DNA from: Bacteroidales bacterium
GTDB lineage: Bacteria > Bacteroidota > Bacteroidia > Bacteroidales > PUMT01
DNA length: 64,000 nt
Assembly: GCA_046483315.1 (NCBI GenBank)
Contig: JAWODJ010000015.1
Coordinates: 457-64,456 of the forward strand
Direction of reading: 5' to 3'
A program made the position numbers and the translations under genes. The notes beneath the pieces were generated by a model that saw only the letters and a list, made by a program, of their open reading frames with translations, ran no database searches and was not told the origin of the DNA. Positions 10,048 through 19,976 of the stretch are shown one piece after another. Numbering within the stretch: position 1 is the stretch's first letter; each line of letters opens with the position of its first letter.

Positions 10048-11361
10048 CTAAATACGTGGAAGTTCCCAGGGTGCCCTGTATTCGGGTACCAGGTGTGAAT
10101 TGGCATCATCATCATTAATGAATTTCAACCCGGGTCCGTCCCAGTAAAGCCTTCTTCCTGTCTTGTAGGCAATATTCCCCAGGATGGCAACCCTGGCAAC
10201 ATTGGCTCCTATATCAATTCCTGCTGCAGGGGTCATGCTTCTGTTTCTGATACAAGCAATGAAATCTTTCATATGCAGATCCAGTCCCCTTCCTGTAGAG
10301 GGTTGCAGCTCAACCCTTTCCATTTCGGGCCGGTTATTCTTGTATTCGGGAATAACTTCCCACCCGCCGCGATCAACCACCAGTGTGCCGTAATTGCCCA
10401 CGAATCCTACACCATGGGTACGGCCGTAATATCCACCGTCAATTCCTATGCCATGGTCCCAGAGCATGGTGTACCCGTCAAATTCATAAATAGCCTGGAG
10501 TGTATCCGGCGTTTCACATGCGTCATCGGGATAGGCAAACTTACCGCCCATGGCCATTATTGATCTGGGTGACATTGCATTCATCCCGAATAATGCATAA
10601 TCGATTATATGCACTCCCCAGTCCGTCATCATCCCACCGGCATAATCCCAGAACCATCGGAATGTGAAATGGAAGCGGTTGGGATTGAATGGCCTTTCAG
10701 GTGCCGGACCTAACCAGAAGTCATAGTCCACTCCCTCCGGAGCCGGACCGTCAGGTTTGACAGGCACAGAGGTCATCCAGCCCTGGTATGACCAGGTGCG
10801 AACGGTCCGTATTTTACCCAGTCTTCCTGAATGAACAAACCTGATGGCATCCTGCCAGTGCGGATCACTTCGCTGCCACTGACCTATCTGCACCACGGGC
10901 TTGTACCTGTCCGCAGCTCTCACCATAACATTTATCTCCTCTATGGAGTTTGCCATCGGTTTTTCACAGTAGATATCCCTGCCTTCCTGCGCAGCATAAA
11001 CAAAAGGGATACAGTGCCAGTGATCAGGTGTTGCAATGATTATTACATCAATATCCCTGTTCTCAAGCATTTTTCTAAAATCGGTATATGCCCGGGGTTT
11101 TTTGCCCTGTATCTTTTCAGTGTCGGCCACCCTCCTGTCAAGCTCATTGCGGTCCACATCACAAAGGGCAATACATTCAGTGTCAGGCTGCCTTAAAAAA
11201 GCCTGAAGATTGGAAAACCCCATGCCTTTCACCCCTATTAATCCGCAAGTCAGCCTGTCATTTGCGCCAGTAACGGAGGCGGAAATATTGAATGGCGAAG
11301 CTGCCAGTCCCGCACCAGCTGCAGCGAGTCCCGTATGCTTTAGAAAATTTCTTCTGTCCAT
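10048..11361 (-). CDS. Gfo/Idh/MocA-family oxidoreductase with Tat signal
   Basis: 437 aa. It has a DRRNFLKHTGLAAAGAGLA Tat signal and the Rossmann block GLIGVKGMG. Confidence 0.8.
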   Translation of the reverse strand: MDRRNFLKHTGLAAAGAGLAASPFNISASVTGANDRLTCGLIGVKGMGFSNLQAFLRQPDTECIALCDVDRNELDRRVADTEKIQGKKPRAYTDFRKMLENRDIDVIIIATPDHWHCIPFVYAAQEGRDIYCEKPMANSIEEINVMVRAADRYKPVVQIGQWQRSDPHWQDAIRFVHSGRLGKIRTVRTWSYQGWMTSVPVKPDGPAPEGVDYDFWLGPAPERPFNPNRFHFTFRWFWDYAGGMMTDWGVHIIDYALFGMNAMSPRSIMAMGGKFAYPDDACETPDTLQAIYEFDGYTMLWDHGIGIDGGYYGRTHGVGFVGNYGTLVVDRGGWEVIPEYKNNRPEMERVELQPSTGRGLDLHMKDFIACIRNRSMTPAAGIDIGANVARVAILGNIAYKTGRRLYWDGPGLKFINDDDANSHLVPEYRAPWELPRI

Positions 11362-11447
11362 AATTATTCAAGATTAGATTATTCACTAAATCGTTAAAAT
11401 ACTGCCTGGCCATTGATACAGCCCCTGGCGGCAAAGCCGTGATCGCC

Positions 11448-11467
11448 GTTTTGCAATTTATCAATCA
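11448..11467. repeat. 20-bp exact repeat copy 2 (GTTTTGCAATTTATCAATCA)
   Basis: Identical to 9949..9968. It overlaps the stop codon of 11461..12456 and lies about 90 nt upstream of the start of 10048..11361. Confidence 0.9.
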
Positions 11468-12456
11468 CTCTTCATTGCATCATCAAAGGACACATCAGAG
11501 GGCTTAAAATCAACAGCTTTTACAAATTCACACGACTCTTCGGCACCGTGCTCACGATCCATGCCGCTGTCTTCCCATTCAACTGACAGTGGACCGTCAT
11601 AGCCTGTATCATTCAGAGCGCGTATAACACTCTCAAAATCTATCCTTCCCCGGCCTATGCTGCGAAAGTTCCAGCAACGTCGGGGATCTCCAAACTCCGT
11701 GTGCCCGCCGAAAACGCCTATATCCATCGGTGTATCGCTCCAGTAAACATCTTTCATGTGAACATGAAAGATCCTGTCGGCAAATTCATAAATAAATTTA
11801 ATATAATCCACTCCCTGGTAGCCCATATGGCTGGGATCATAGTTAAACCCAAAAGCAGGGTGATAATCAACAGCCTCAAGTGCCCTTTTTGCAGTAGCTA
11901 TATCAAAGGCTATCTCGGTTGGATGCACCTCCAGGCAATACCTTATTCCCAGATTCCTGTATTCATCAAATACTGGTCCCCATCTGCGGGAAAAATCCCT
12001 GTACCCCTCATCAATCATCTCTTTAGGCACCGCAGGAAATGAATACAGAAGATGCCATATGGAGCTGCCTGTAAAGCCTACCACATTTTCAATACCAAGA
12101 CGGCTCGCTGCTTCTGCCGTCCTCACCATCTCTTTTGCTGCTCTTTGCCTTATCCCTTCAGGATCGCCGTCCCCCCATATATACGAGGGAAGTACCGCCT
12201 TATGCCGCATGTCGGGAATGTCGCATACCGCCTGGCTGGCAAGGTGGGTGGAGATAGTAAACAGCTGCAGGTCATACTTTTTTAACATTTTCCTGCGCCG
12301 GTCACAGTAAGCCTGGTCAGCTTTATCAACTTCCATATGATCGCCCCAACACCCGAGTTCTATACCGTCATAACCGAATTCCCTGGTTTTCTGACACATA
12401 ATTTCAATGGGCAGGTCAGCCCACTGTCCGCTGAATAATGTTACAGGTCTGGCCAT
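11461..12456 (-). CDS. sugar phosphate isomerase/epimerase (xylose-isomerase-like TIM barrel) protein
   Basis: 331 aa. The blocks [23 protein letters not shown] and VHMKDV are typical of the AP_endonuc_2/xylose-isomerase-like TIM barrel family. Confidence 0.8.
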   Translation of the reverse strand: MARPVTLFSGQWADLPIEIMCQKTREFGYDGIELGCWGDHMEVDKADQAYCDRRRKMLKKYDLQLFTISTHLASQAVCDIPDMRHKAVLPSYIWGDGDPEGIRQRAAKEMVRTAEAASRLGIENVVGFTGSSIWHLLYSFPAVPKEMIDEGYRDFSRRWGPVFDEYRNLGIRYCLEVHPTEIAFDIATAKRALEAVDYHPAFGFNYDPSHMGYQGVDYIKFIYEFADRIFHVHMKDVYWSDTPMDIGVFGGHTEFGDPRRCWNFRSIGRGRIDFESVIRALNDTGYDGPLSVEWEDSGMDREHGAEESCEFVKAVDFKPSDVSFDDAMKSD

Positions 12457-12495
12457 AATAATAGGATTTTTCTGATTAATATACTATACTGCTTT

Positions 12496-12503
12496 CAAAT
12501 GTA
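12496..12503 (-). promoter_or_regulatory. Bacteroidota -7 promoter box TACATTTG
   Basis: Exact TAnnTTTG match on the minus strand, 40 nt upstream of the ATG at 12456. Confidence 0.4.
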
Positions 12504-12576
12504 GTTTTTATTATCTAAATACCATATTATTTAAGTCATTTTCATTACCAGAGCAAAGGAGATTATAATAGTTTTA

Positions 12577-12584
12577 TAAATTTG
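12577..12584 (+). promoter_or_regulatory. Bacteroidota -7 promoter box TAAATTTG
   Basis: Exact TAnnTTTG match on the plus strand, upstream of the SDR gene at 12683. Confidence 0.35.
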
Positions 12585-12682
12585 CGGAAACAGGAACAGT
12601 AACCTTACATTTTTCCGAACCGGCAGATAAAAACCATAAAATTACCTGCACAGGACGGGGAAAGGATTTCAGACAGGATTAC

Positions 12683-13552
12683 ATGCATTTAAAGTCAGAT
12701 CCAGGCACCATTAAAAAAGATAATTTCCGGGAAGACGCTGAGGATAAAGCAGGCCCGGCATCTCAATATGCGCTGGTAACCGGTGCAAGCAGCGGACTGG
12801 GAAAAGCATTCGCTTTAGAACTGGCGGGCAGGAAAATCAATTTGCTGCTGGTTGCCCTGCCCGGTGATGGCTTGCCAGGGTTGTGCGAACATCTGAAAAC
12901 AACCTGTAGTATAAAATGTGACTTTTTTGAAACAGACATGACACAGCATGAAAGCGTTTATGAGCTTGTTAGACGGGTTAAGAAGAATTACAGGGTAAAC
13001 ATTCTGATAAACAACCTGGGGATGGGTGGCTCACACGAATTTGCAAGTGCCGGAACAGGTTACCTTGAAAATATGATATCTCTCAATATCAGAACGCTTA
13101 CACTTTTAACACATCAGTTACTTTCCGAACTCAAGTCCCATAAAAAGTCATATATACTAAACGTTTCAAGTCTGGCATCATTCAGTCCGATTGGTTACAA
13201 AACCATATATTCAGCCTCCAAGGTTTTCGTACTCTATTTTTCCAGGGGGCTCAGTCAGGAGCTCAAAGACACAGGTGTTTTTGTAAGTGTTGTTCATCCG
13301 GGCCCCATGAGGACAAACAGTCATGTTGTCAGGAGGATTGAAAGTCATGGTATTTTTGGAAAGATGGGTGTGCTTACACCGGAATATATGGCTTATAAAT
13401 CAATAGATATGATGTTCAGACGTAAACCGATTATCATACTCGGATGGTTTAACCGGCTTTGCTGGCTGGGAATGAAACTGGTGCCGCTGCGTATAAGACT
13501 TCCCCTGATTTCCAAACAGGTAAAAAAAACATTACCTGAACACAAACAATAA
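12683..13552 (+). CDS. classical short-chain dehydrogenase/reductase
   Basis: 289 aa with the TGASSGLGKAFA cofactor motif and the YSASK catalytic motif. Confidence 0.8.
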   Translation: MHLKSDPGTIKKDNFREDAEDKAGPASQYALVTGASSGLGKAFALELAGRKINLLLVALPGDGLPGLCEHLKTTCSIKCDFFETDMTQHESVYELVRRVKKNYRVNILINNLGMGGSHEFASAGTGYLENMISLNIRTLTLLTHQLLSELKSHKKSYILNVSSLASFSPIGYKTIYSASKVFVLYFSRGLSQELKDTGVFVSVVHPGPMRTNSHVVRRIESHGIFGKMGVLTPEYMAYKSIDMMFRRKPIIILGWFNRLCWLGMKLVPLRIRLPLISKQVKKTLPEHKQ

Positions 13553-13559
13553 CAAGGCT

Positions 13560-14549
13560 ATGTCGAGAGTACTTGTAACGGGTGCAAACGGCTTTCTTGC
13601 AGTCAATACGATTATAGAACTTCTTAAAAGGGGTTATACCGTCAGGGGCATGCTCAGAAATACAGCGCGGCTGGCTGCCGGGCATGAAAACCTCACTCCC
13701 TTTTACGGATGCATAACCGAAGAAGCAGATGTTCTTGAGGCTGTCAGGGGATGTGAGATTGTAATTCATACAGCCGCTGCAACCAACCAGTCATTTACGA
13801 GTTACCGGTGTTACGAGAAAGTCAATGTAGCCGGCACCCGAAATGTTATCAGGGCATCCCTTAAACATAAGGTAAAAAAGGTAATTTACGTCAGTACGGC
13901 CAACGCCTTTGGTTACGGCACAAAGACAGACCCCGGAGATGAAACCCGCCCCATGGAACACCCCTACACAGGGTCAGGATATGCAGTCAGCAAAGCCAGG
14001 GCGCAACAAATGATACTGAAGGAGCTTAAAGGATCCGGCACCGGAATAACAGTTGTAAACCCAACCTTTTTGATCGGCCCAAATGATCACAAAATAAGCT
14101 CTAACCGGATAATCATAAGAGCTTTGGGAAAAAGAATACTTTTCATTCCGCCGGGAGGCAAGAATTTTATCCATGTAAACGATGCGGCAAAAGGTATCTG
14201 TAATGCCATTGAAGCCGGTGCAGATGGCGAATGTTATTTACTGGCAGGTAAAAACCTGACATACAGGGAGTTTTATACCTTAACGGGTGATCTTTTAAAA
14301 CCAAAGCCTTTCCTGATAACAATACCTTCATCCCTGCTTCTGATTGCCGGGCTGGGTGGAACTTTCGCAAGGCTTGCAGGCATTAATACCGCACTGAGCA
14401 TAACAAATATGAAGATACTCTCTGTTGGTAATTACTATTCCGCCGGTAAGGCAGTTAAATTTTTAAGACTCCCGCAAACATCAATCAAAACAGCAATTCA
14501 GGATACGATCACATGGCTTGAAAAAAAATCTTCTTTTTCCAACCTTTGA
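13560..14549 (+). CDS. NAD-dependent epimerase/dehydratase (extended SDR)
   Basis: 329 aa with VTGANGFLA (GxxGxxG) and the YAVSK catalytic motif. Confidence 0.8.
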   Translation: MSRVLVTGANGFLAVNTIIELLKRGYTVRGMLRNTARLAAGHENLTPFYGCITEEADVLEAVRGCEIVIHTAAATNQSFTSYRCYEKVNVAGTRNVIRASLKHKVKKVIYVSTANAFGYGTKTDPGDETRPMEHPYTGSGYAVSKARAQQMILKELKGSGTGITVVNPTFLIGPNDHKISSNRIIIRALGKRILFIPPGGKNFIHVNDAAKGICNAIEAGADGECYLLAGKNLTYREFYTLTGDLLKPKPFLITIPSSLLLIAGLGGTFARLAGINTALSITNMKILSVGNYYSAGKAVKFLRLPQTSIKTAIQDTITWLEKKSSFSNL

Positions 14550-14597
14550 ATCGGGTTTTACGTTATAAGATAAAGTACCGGTTACAAAAAAGATTTT

Positions 14598-15317
14598 ATG
14601 TATAAAAGTATATTACTTTTTCTGTTTCCATTCCTGCTGTTGTTTCCGTCATGCAAAAAAGAACTCACCCTGCCGGCAAAAGTTATTTTTGAGTTCGGGA
14701 TGATATCTTATGAGAATGAGGAAAATGATCTTAAAAACGTTCCGCCTGTTGATATCCCAAAGGGAAGAATATTGATAGACAGGGGAACCCTTTCAATTGA
14801 ATCTATTGAATTTGACGGACGCAGGGATGAAGGCAGGGATGTTTTTTTCGTATCCGATCTCCGGCAGGCTCTCACGGTTGATCTTGAAACCGGCCAAATC
14901 AGCCAGCCACTGAGTTTTGACATTCCTCAGGGAGTTTACAACCGGGTGGAACTCTTCTTTGAACTCGGAGGAGATGACAATATACCATTTTTGCTTGAAG
15001 GCAGTATCAGGCTGGGGCATCTCGATGAGATACCACTGCGGTTCGAATATAACATCAGGGAGCAGATAAGGATCAGGGCGGAGCCGGGAAAAAGGTCAGA
15101 TAAGATTGTACTGAGGAAGGACACTCCATCAACAGCAAGGGTGGTAGTAGATGCAGGAGCGATGTTTGAATTTGTCAATATGGGAATGATAAGGAATGCC
15201 AGTCTGTCTGCCGTAGAAGGAGAGAATATGATTCTGATAAATTCGGGTATGAACAACGATATATTCAATTCCATTGCAAACAGGCTTGAAAAATCTTTCA
15301 GGGTGGTTATTGACTGA
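14598..15317 (+). CDS. lipoprotein, possibly DUF4382-like
   Basis: 239 aa with a signal plus lipobox (LLLFPSC). The block FDIPQGVYNRVELFFEL resembles FELEAGTYTQLRFLL of 17105..18001. Confidence 0.5.
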   Translation: MYKSILLFLFPFLLLFPSCKKELTLPAKVIFEFGMISYENEENDLKNVPPVDIPKGRILIDRGTLSIESIEFDGRRDEGRDVFFVSDLRQALTVDLETGQISQPLSFDIPQGVYNRVELFFELGGDDNIPFLLEGSIRLGHLDEIPLRFEYNIREQIRIRAEPGKRSDKIVLRKDTPSTARVVVDAGAMFEFVNMGMIRNASLSAVEGENMILINSGMNNDIFNSIANRLEKSFRVVID

Positions 15318-15322
15318 AATAA

Positions 15323-15868
15323 ATGACAATAAAGGATTTTAACCAGGAAAGCATACTCACCGGCTGCATGAAGAATGACAGGCGAATGCAGGAATTACTG
15401 TACAGGCATTTTGCCGGTAAAATGTATGCGGTTTGCCTGAGCTATACGGGAGAAAGGGCTGTGGCACAGGATATCCTGCAGGAATCCTTCGTAAAAGTTT
15501 TCAGAAATATTAAGCAATTTAACAATGACGGTTCCCTGGAGGGATGGATAAGAAAGATAGTTACCAATACTGCCATAGATCATTTAAGGAAGAAGAAGGT
15601 GACCAGGGAATATATAGATAATGAGCCTTCTGATCCCGAATTTCATACTCATAACAGTGCCATCAGAATAATGGGCTTCAATGAGCTTATGGAACAGATT
15701 AAACGATTGCCTGAGGGTGCACGGCTGGTATTCAACCTTCATGCAGTTGACGGGTATTCACATAAGGAAATAGCAAGTCAGTTGAATATTACCGAGGGTA
15801 CATCAAAATCTCAGTTCAACAGGGCAAGGAAATTACTGATGAGTTTTATCGGCAACATGAACCTTTGA
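15323..15868 (+). CDS. ECF-type RNA polymerase sigma-70 factor
   Basis: 181 aa. It has a region 2 block (AQDILQESFVKVF) and a region 4 HTH (GYSHKEIASQLNITEGTSKSQFNRARKLL). Confidence 0.85.
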   Translation: MTIKDFNQESILTGCMKNDRRMQELLYRHFAGKMYAVCLSYTGERAVAQDILQESFVKVFRNIKQFNNDGSLEGWIRKIVTNTAIDHLRKKKVTREYIDNEPSDPEFHTHNSAIRIMGFNELMEQIKRLPEGARLVFNLHAVDGYSHKEIASQLNITEGTSKSQFNRARKLLMSFIGNMNL

Positions 15869-15871
15869 CAA

Positions 15872-17023
15872 ATGGATTTTTTAAAGTGGTATAAAAATAT
15901 TATAGATTCTGCGGAAGAACAACCTCCTGCACGGGTCTGGGAAGAGATCCAGAACGAGCTTGATGTGGATCAGGTATGGACAGAAATCGATAAGGAGATG
16001 AAGGCAGGCAGGAGGAAGGATTTAGTTTTCCGCCTTTCAATGGCCGCATCAGTATTGCTGATAATTGCCCTGGGAACAATTCTTTTTTCGGAGGCCGGCC
16101 GGAGTCCTTCGGCTAAAATTATTACAGTTAATGATCCTGCCTTCCCGGCTTCCATTCCTGAATCAACATACAAACCCTCCATAATTGCCTATGCCAGTGA
16201 AATAAGAGATTTTCCCCGGCTACGTAATATCAGGGCCGGCAATGAGAAAATTGTTTACACGGGGAGTGAAAGTATTGTCATCGCACGGGAAGATTATTAT
16301 TCCCTGCCTCAAAAGAAAAGCATTCCTGATATCAGCAAATATAATGTTATTTCATCCGGCGGGCCTTATTCCCTTAGCGGGGAAGAACCCTCAACGGACA
16401 AAAAAGAAGTTACTTCAGGCGGCTACTACGCAGGGGTTTCCGGGCATCTTGCAAACACCTGGCTGTTAAACAACAAAACCTTGCAGGGCCTCAGAAGAGA
16501 TGAGTTTACCGCCTCCCTGCCGTCATTTGGTTATAACCTTGGAATTACCGCAGGAAAAAAAGTCAGCAGGAGACTGGACATCCAGGCAGAATTATACATT
16601 GTCTCATTGACACGTCAGAACTATAACGAGTATCTGCACGGCCGTTATATAAACAACAGCATACAGTTCAATTATTCAAGCCTGACTCTTTCAGGAAGAT
16701 GGCTATTGCTGAACAGGCAGGGTGGCAGTAGACACCTGCTGGTTACCGGGGCCTATACAGGAATACTTAAAAATGCCATGCAGGATATTAACGGAGAATC
16801 GATCTCATTGAAAAATGAATATAACACCGCAGACTACGGGATTATTGCAGGGTACGAATATCTTCACCCCGTGGGGAATAATTTTTATGTTGGAACAGGA
16901 TTCCAGACGAAACTGGGACTTAACAATATCTTTGCCGGCAATGAAATTATACCCGATTACCTGAACAGTACCCGCAACTTATCAATAAATCTTATACTTT
17001 CCGTCAGATATAATATTAAATAG
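15872..17023 (+). CDS. putative anti-sigma-like TM protein fused to an outer-membrane beta-barrel (porin-family) domain
   Basis: 383 aa, starting 4 nt after the sigma gene. It has a short cytoplasmic N-terminus and one TM segment (LSMAASVLLIIALGTILF). The C-terminal half has alternating beta-strand patterns (YYAGVSGHLANTW, FGYNLGITAG, DYGIIAGYEY). Confidence 0.55.
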   Translation: MDFLKWYKNIIDSAEEQPPARVWEEIQNELDVDQVWTEIDKEMKAGRRKDLVFRLSMAASVLLIIALGTILFSEAGRSPSAKIITVNDPAFPASIPESTYKPSIIAYASEIRDFPRLRNIRAGNEKIVYTGSESIVIAREDYYSLPQKKSIPDISKYNVISSGGPYSLSGEEPSTDKKEVTSGGYYAGVSGHLANTWLLNNKTLQGLRRDEFTASLPSFGYNLGITAGKKVSRRLDIQAELYIVSLTRQNYNEYLHGRYINNSIQFNYSSLTLSGRWLLLNRQGGSRHLLVTGAYTGILKNAMQDINGESISLKNEYNTADYGIIAGYEYLHPVGNNFYVGTGFQTKLGLNNIFAGNEIIPDYLNSTRNLSINLILSVRYNIK

Positions 17024-17104
17024 TTTTATCCCCGTTCCAACCTTTTTCCGTCAGCCATCGTCTTTCTTACAGAACAGTTTTTATTAATCCAAAATCTTAA
17101 AATC

Positions 17105-18001
17105 ATGAAAAGAATATTTGTTTTAATATCGGTTATTATGCTCCCGTTCATACTTTTCACATCATGTGAGAAGGACAACGGCGATAAGGGAACGTTAAAC
17201 CTTTCAATTACCGATGCACCGATTGATTCTGACGGGATAACCGGTGTATTTATCAAAGTTTCGGAAGTACATTACCATGTAAGTGAAATTAATGAATGGC
17301 AGGTTTTTGAAGATTATGAAGGTCCGAAATCATTCAACCTGCTCGATCTGCAAAGGGGAGAATCTGACCTGCTCGGTAGTTTTGAGCTTGAAGCCGGCAC
17401 TTATACCCAGTTAAGGTTTTTGCTTGATGCGCCTTTATTTGATGCCGGACCGATGTCAAATCCCGGTTGTTATCTCCTGTTTGAAGACGAATCAACACAA
17501 AACCTCTTTGTGCCGAGCGGTGCACAAACCGGCTATAAGGCTGTTGGAGCATTCACGGTACCAATTAATGGTTCTGTAGATGTAACGGCGGACTTTGATG
17601 TGAGGAAATCAGTTGTTAAAGCCGGTGCCTCAGGAAAGTACATACTTAAGCCAACTATCCGTCTCATTGTAGATAACCAGGCAGGCGTGATTGCCGGTGG
17701 AGTGACCAACATACCTGAAGGACACCAGGTTATTGTATATGCATATGAAACCGGCGCCTATGATCCCTCTGAGGCTGATGAACCTGCTGAAGAGCAGACA
17801 AGGTTTCCAAATGCAATAACCAGCGACATAGCAGATGAAAGCGGAGCTTATCACCTTGCTTATCTTGCACCGGGAATATATGATCTTGTTGTTACCTCCG
17901 CAATTGAAGGAGAGTTTCAGAATGTTCTCGGAACAGTTGACAACATAGTTGTGGAGAGTAAAGAAACTACAAGCCGGCAGATCAATATCGATGATCTCTA
18001 A
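17105..18001 (+). CDS. DUF4382-family lipoprotein
   Basis: 298 aa with the lipobox ILFTSC. The blocks LNLSITDAPIDSDGITGVFIKVSEV and LEAGTYTQLRFLLD match the DUF4382 pattern as I recall it. Confidence 0.65.
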   Translation: MKRIFVLISVIMLPFILFTSCEKDNGDKGTLNLSITDAPIDSDGITGVFIKVSEVHYHVSEINEWQVFEDYEGPKSFNLLDLQRGESDLLGSFELEAGTYTQLRFLLDAPLFDAGPMSNPGCYLLFEDESTQNLFVPSGAQTGYKAVGAFTVPINGSVDVTADFDVRKSVVKAGASGKYILKPTIRLIVDNQAGVIAGGVTNIPEGHQVIVYAYETGAYDPSEADEPAEEQTRFPNAITSDIADESGAYHLAYLAPGIYDLVVTSAIEGEFQNVLGTVDNIVVESKETTSRQINIDDL

Positions 18002-18023
18002 ATTCAGGGTGAAACTATTACCG

Positions 18024-18058
18024 GAGGGGCTGTCTTAAACGGGCAGCCTCTTTTTTTT
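18024..18058 (+). terminator. intrinsic terminator
   Basis: Hairpin GAGGGGCTGTC-TTAAAC-GGGCAGCCTC followed by T8, located 23 nt after the stop at 18001. Confidence 0.6.
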
Positions 18059-18275
18059 GTTAACAGACTGCATAAAACACCCATGTAAAAATTATTGCTC
18101 ACACATTGATGATTACAGCATGACGGGGTTGGCCTTAACTAAAAAAATAATAAACGGATAAAATTATCAATAAAAACATCCTTAGTTTATGCGATCTTAT
18201 TATATTGCATGCTTTTTAACATATTTTAATGTGCACGGATAATATTGCCGGCCTTATAACCTAAACAGTAAAAGC

Positions 18276-19157
18276 ATGGAAACCAATTATCTTACCGACA
18301 TAATGCTTCCGTTATCCCTTGCTGTTATCATGCTTGGAATGGGCTTGTCACTTGTACCGAATGACTTTAAAAGGGTTGTTCTTTATCCAAAAGCTGCATC
18401 AATAGGCATACTGAACCAGATAATCATACTCCCGCTTGTCGGTTTTCTGCTTTTATGGCTTTTCGGTCTTAAAAGTCCCGAGCTTGCAGTGGGCATAATG
18501 ATACTGGCTGCATGCCCGGGCGGACCCACCTCCAACCTTATCAGCCACATCTCACGGGGAGATACAGCACTTTCGATTACCCTTACAGCCATCTCAAGTC
18601 TTGTTGCCGTAATAACCATCCCCCTGATCGTTAACCTGGCTCTGTCATTCTTTATGCAGCAGGGAGAATATATACCTCTTCCGGTTTTTGACACAATAAT
18701 CAAGCTTACCCTCATCACCCTTCTTCCGGTAAGCATTGGCATGATGATCCGGGCAAAAGCAGTGAAATTTGCCGGTAAAATGAATAAGCCGGTAAAAATA
18801 GTTTCGGGTATCCTTTTGTTCCTGATAATAATGGCCGCCATCCTGAATAACAGGGAAATATTTATCAGCTCTTTCAGGGACGTGGGCCCCATAGCACTCT
18901 CGCTGAATGTGATAATGCTTTTAACAGGCTTTCTATCAGCCCGTATGCTGAGACTCAGAACAGCTCAGAGTATAACCATATCGGTGGAATCAGGTATTCA
19001 GAACGGTACACTGGGCATAACAATAGCCAGTGCACTTCTGCATAATGATGTTATGGCCATTTCGCCGGCAATTTACAGCCTGATAATGTTTATAACGTCC
19101 GGTTTTGTAATTGCCTACACTAACATTGGGATTAAAAAAGTTAAAGTTACAGCCTGA
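18276..19157 (+). CDS. bile acid:sodium symporter (BASS) family transporter
   Basis: 293 aa polytopic protein. The blocks GMGLSLVPNDFKRV and ACPGGPTSN are typical of the SBF/BASS family. Confidence 0.8.
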   Translation: METNYLTDIMLPLSLAVIMLGMGLSLVPNDFKRVVLYPKAASIGILNQIIILPLVGFLLLWLFGLKSPELAVGIMILAACPGGPTSNLISHISRGDTALSITLTAISSLVAVITIPLIVNLALSFFMQQGEYIPLPVFDTIIKLTLITLLPVSIGMMIRAKAVKFAGKMNKPVKIVSGILLFLIIMAAILNNREIFISSFRDVGPIALSLNVIMLLTGFLSARMLRLRTAQSITISVESGIQNGTLGITIASALLHNDVMAISPAIYSLIMFITSGFVIAYTNIGIKKVKVTA

Positions 19158-19277
19158 AACGCCAAAAAAGAATTGAACACTCGCGGATGAATCGTTTGTG
19201 GCAATATTTTAAATATTTCGACCAGGTACCTGAAGGTTTTAAGCATATAATAACAAAAAAGAGAGTCAATCATATAT

Positions 19278-19826
19278 ATGTACAGTATTATTGATATTGA
19301 AACTACCGGCGGAAGTCCACTAACTGAAAGAATAACAGAGATAGCTGTTTTGATTCATGACGGGATAAAGGTTACCGGTAAGTTCTCTACGCTTGTTAAC
19401 CCTGAGAAACCAATACCGGGATTCATAACGGGTATAACCGGAATAACCAACGACATGGTTGCCGGTGCCCCAAGGTTTTATGAAATAGCCCGGAAAATAG
19501 TGGAACTTACAGATAACAGGATCTTTGTGGCTCATAATGCCGCTTTTGATTATGGCTTCATATGCGAAGAGTTCAGGCAGCTTGGCTATATTTTCAACAG
19601 GAAAAAATTCTGCACCGTAAAGATGAGCAGAAAGCTTATTCCAGGACTTCGTTCATACAGCCTCGGAAAACTCTGCTCAGACCTTAATATCCGAATAGAT
19701 AACAGACACCGGGCCATGGGCGACGCCCTGGCAACAGTAAAGTTGTTTGAAATGCTTCTTACTCTGGATAATTCCTTACAACCTGATATTCACTACCAAC
19801 GTCAGAGCCGGGCGCGATTCAAATAA
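19278..19826 (+). CDS. DEDDh 3'-5' exonuclease (DNA pol III epsilon-like)
   Basis: 182 aa with IIDIETTG (Exo I), AHNAAFDYGF (Exo II) and HRAMGDA (Exo III, H-x4-D). Confidence 0.8.
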   Translation: MYSIIDIETTGGSPLTERITEIAVLIHDGIKVTGKFSTLVNPEKPIPGFITGITGITNDMVAGAPRFYEIARKIVELTDNRIFVAHNAAFDYGFICEEFRQLGYIFNRKKFCTVKMSRKLIPGLRSYSLGKLCSDLNIRIDNRHRAMGDALATVKLFEMLLTLDNSLQPDIHYQRQSRARFK

Positions 19827-19976
19827 AACCTGATCTTAACCGGTTTGCACAGATGTTTTTTGCGAACCGCCTCCAGTCCGCATTTTGAGCACAGGTGCTT
19901 CATTTTAATCTTCTCTGAAGCCTTCTTTCCTTTTTTCCTTCTTTTACACGCTTTTTCAGCCATCAAGACCTGCTGT

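Noticed and set aside
11258-11464. 68-aa minus-strand ORF bridging the isomerase and oxidoreductase genes
   Set aside because: It overlaps the N-terminal Tat-signal coding region of 10048..11361 in another frame. The intergenic part is better explained by the 20-bp repeat or regulatory region.
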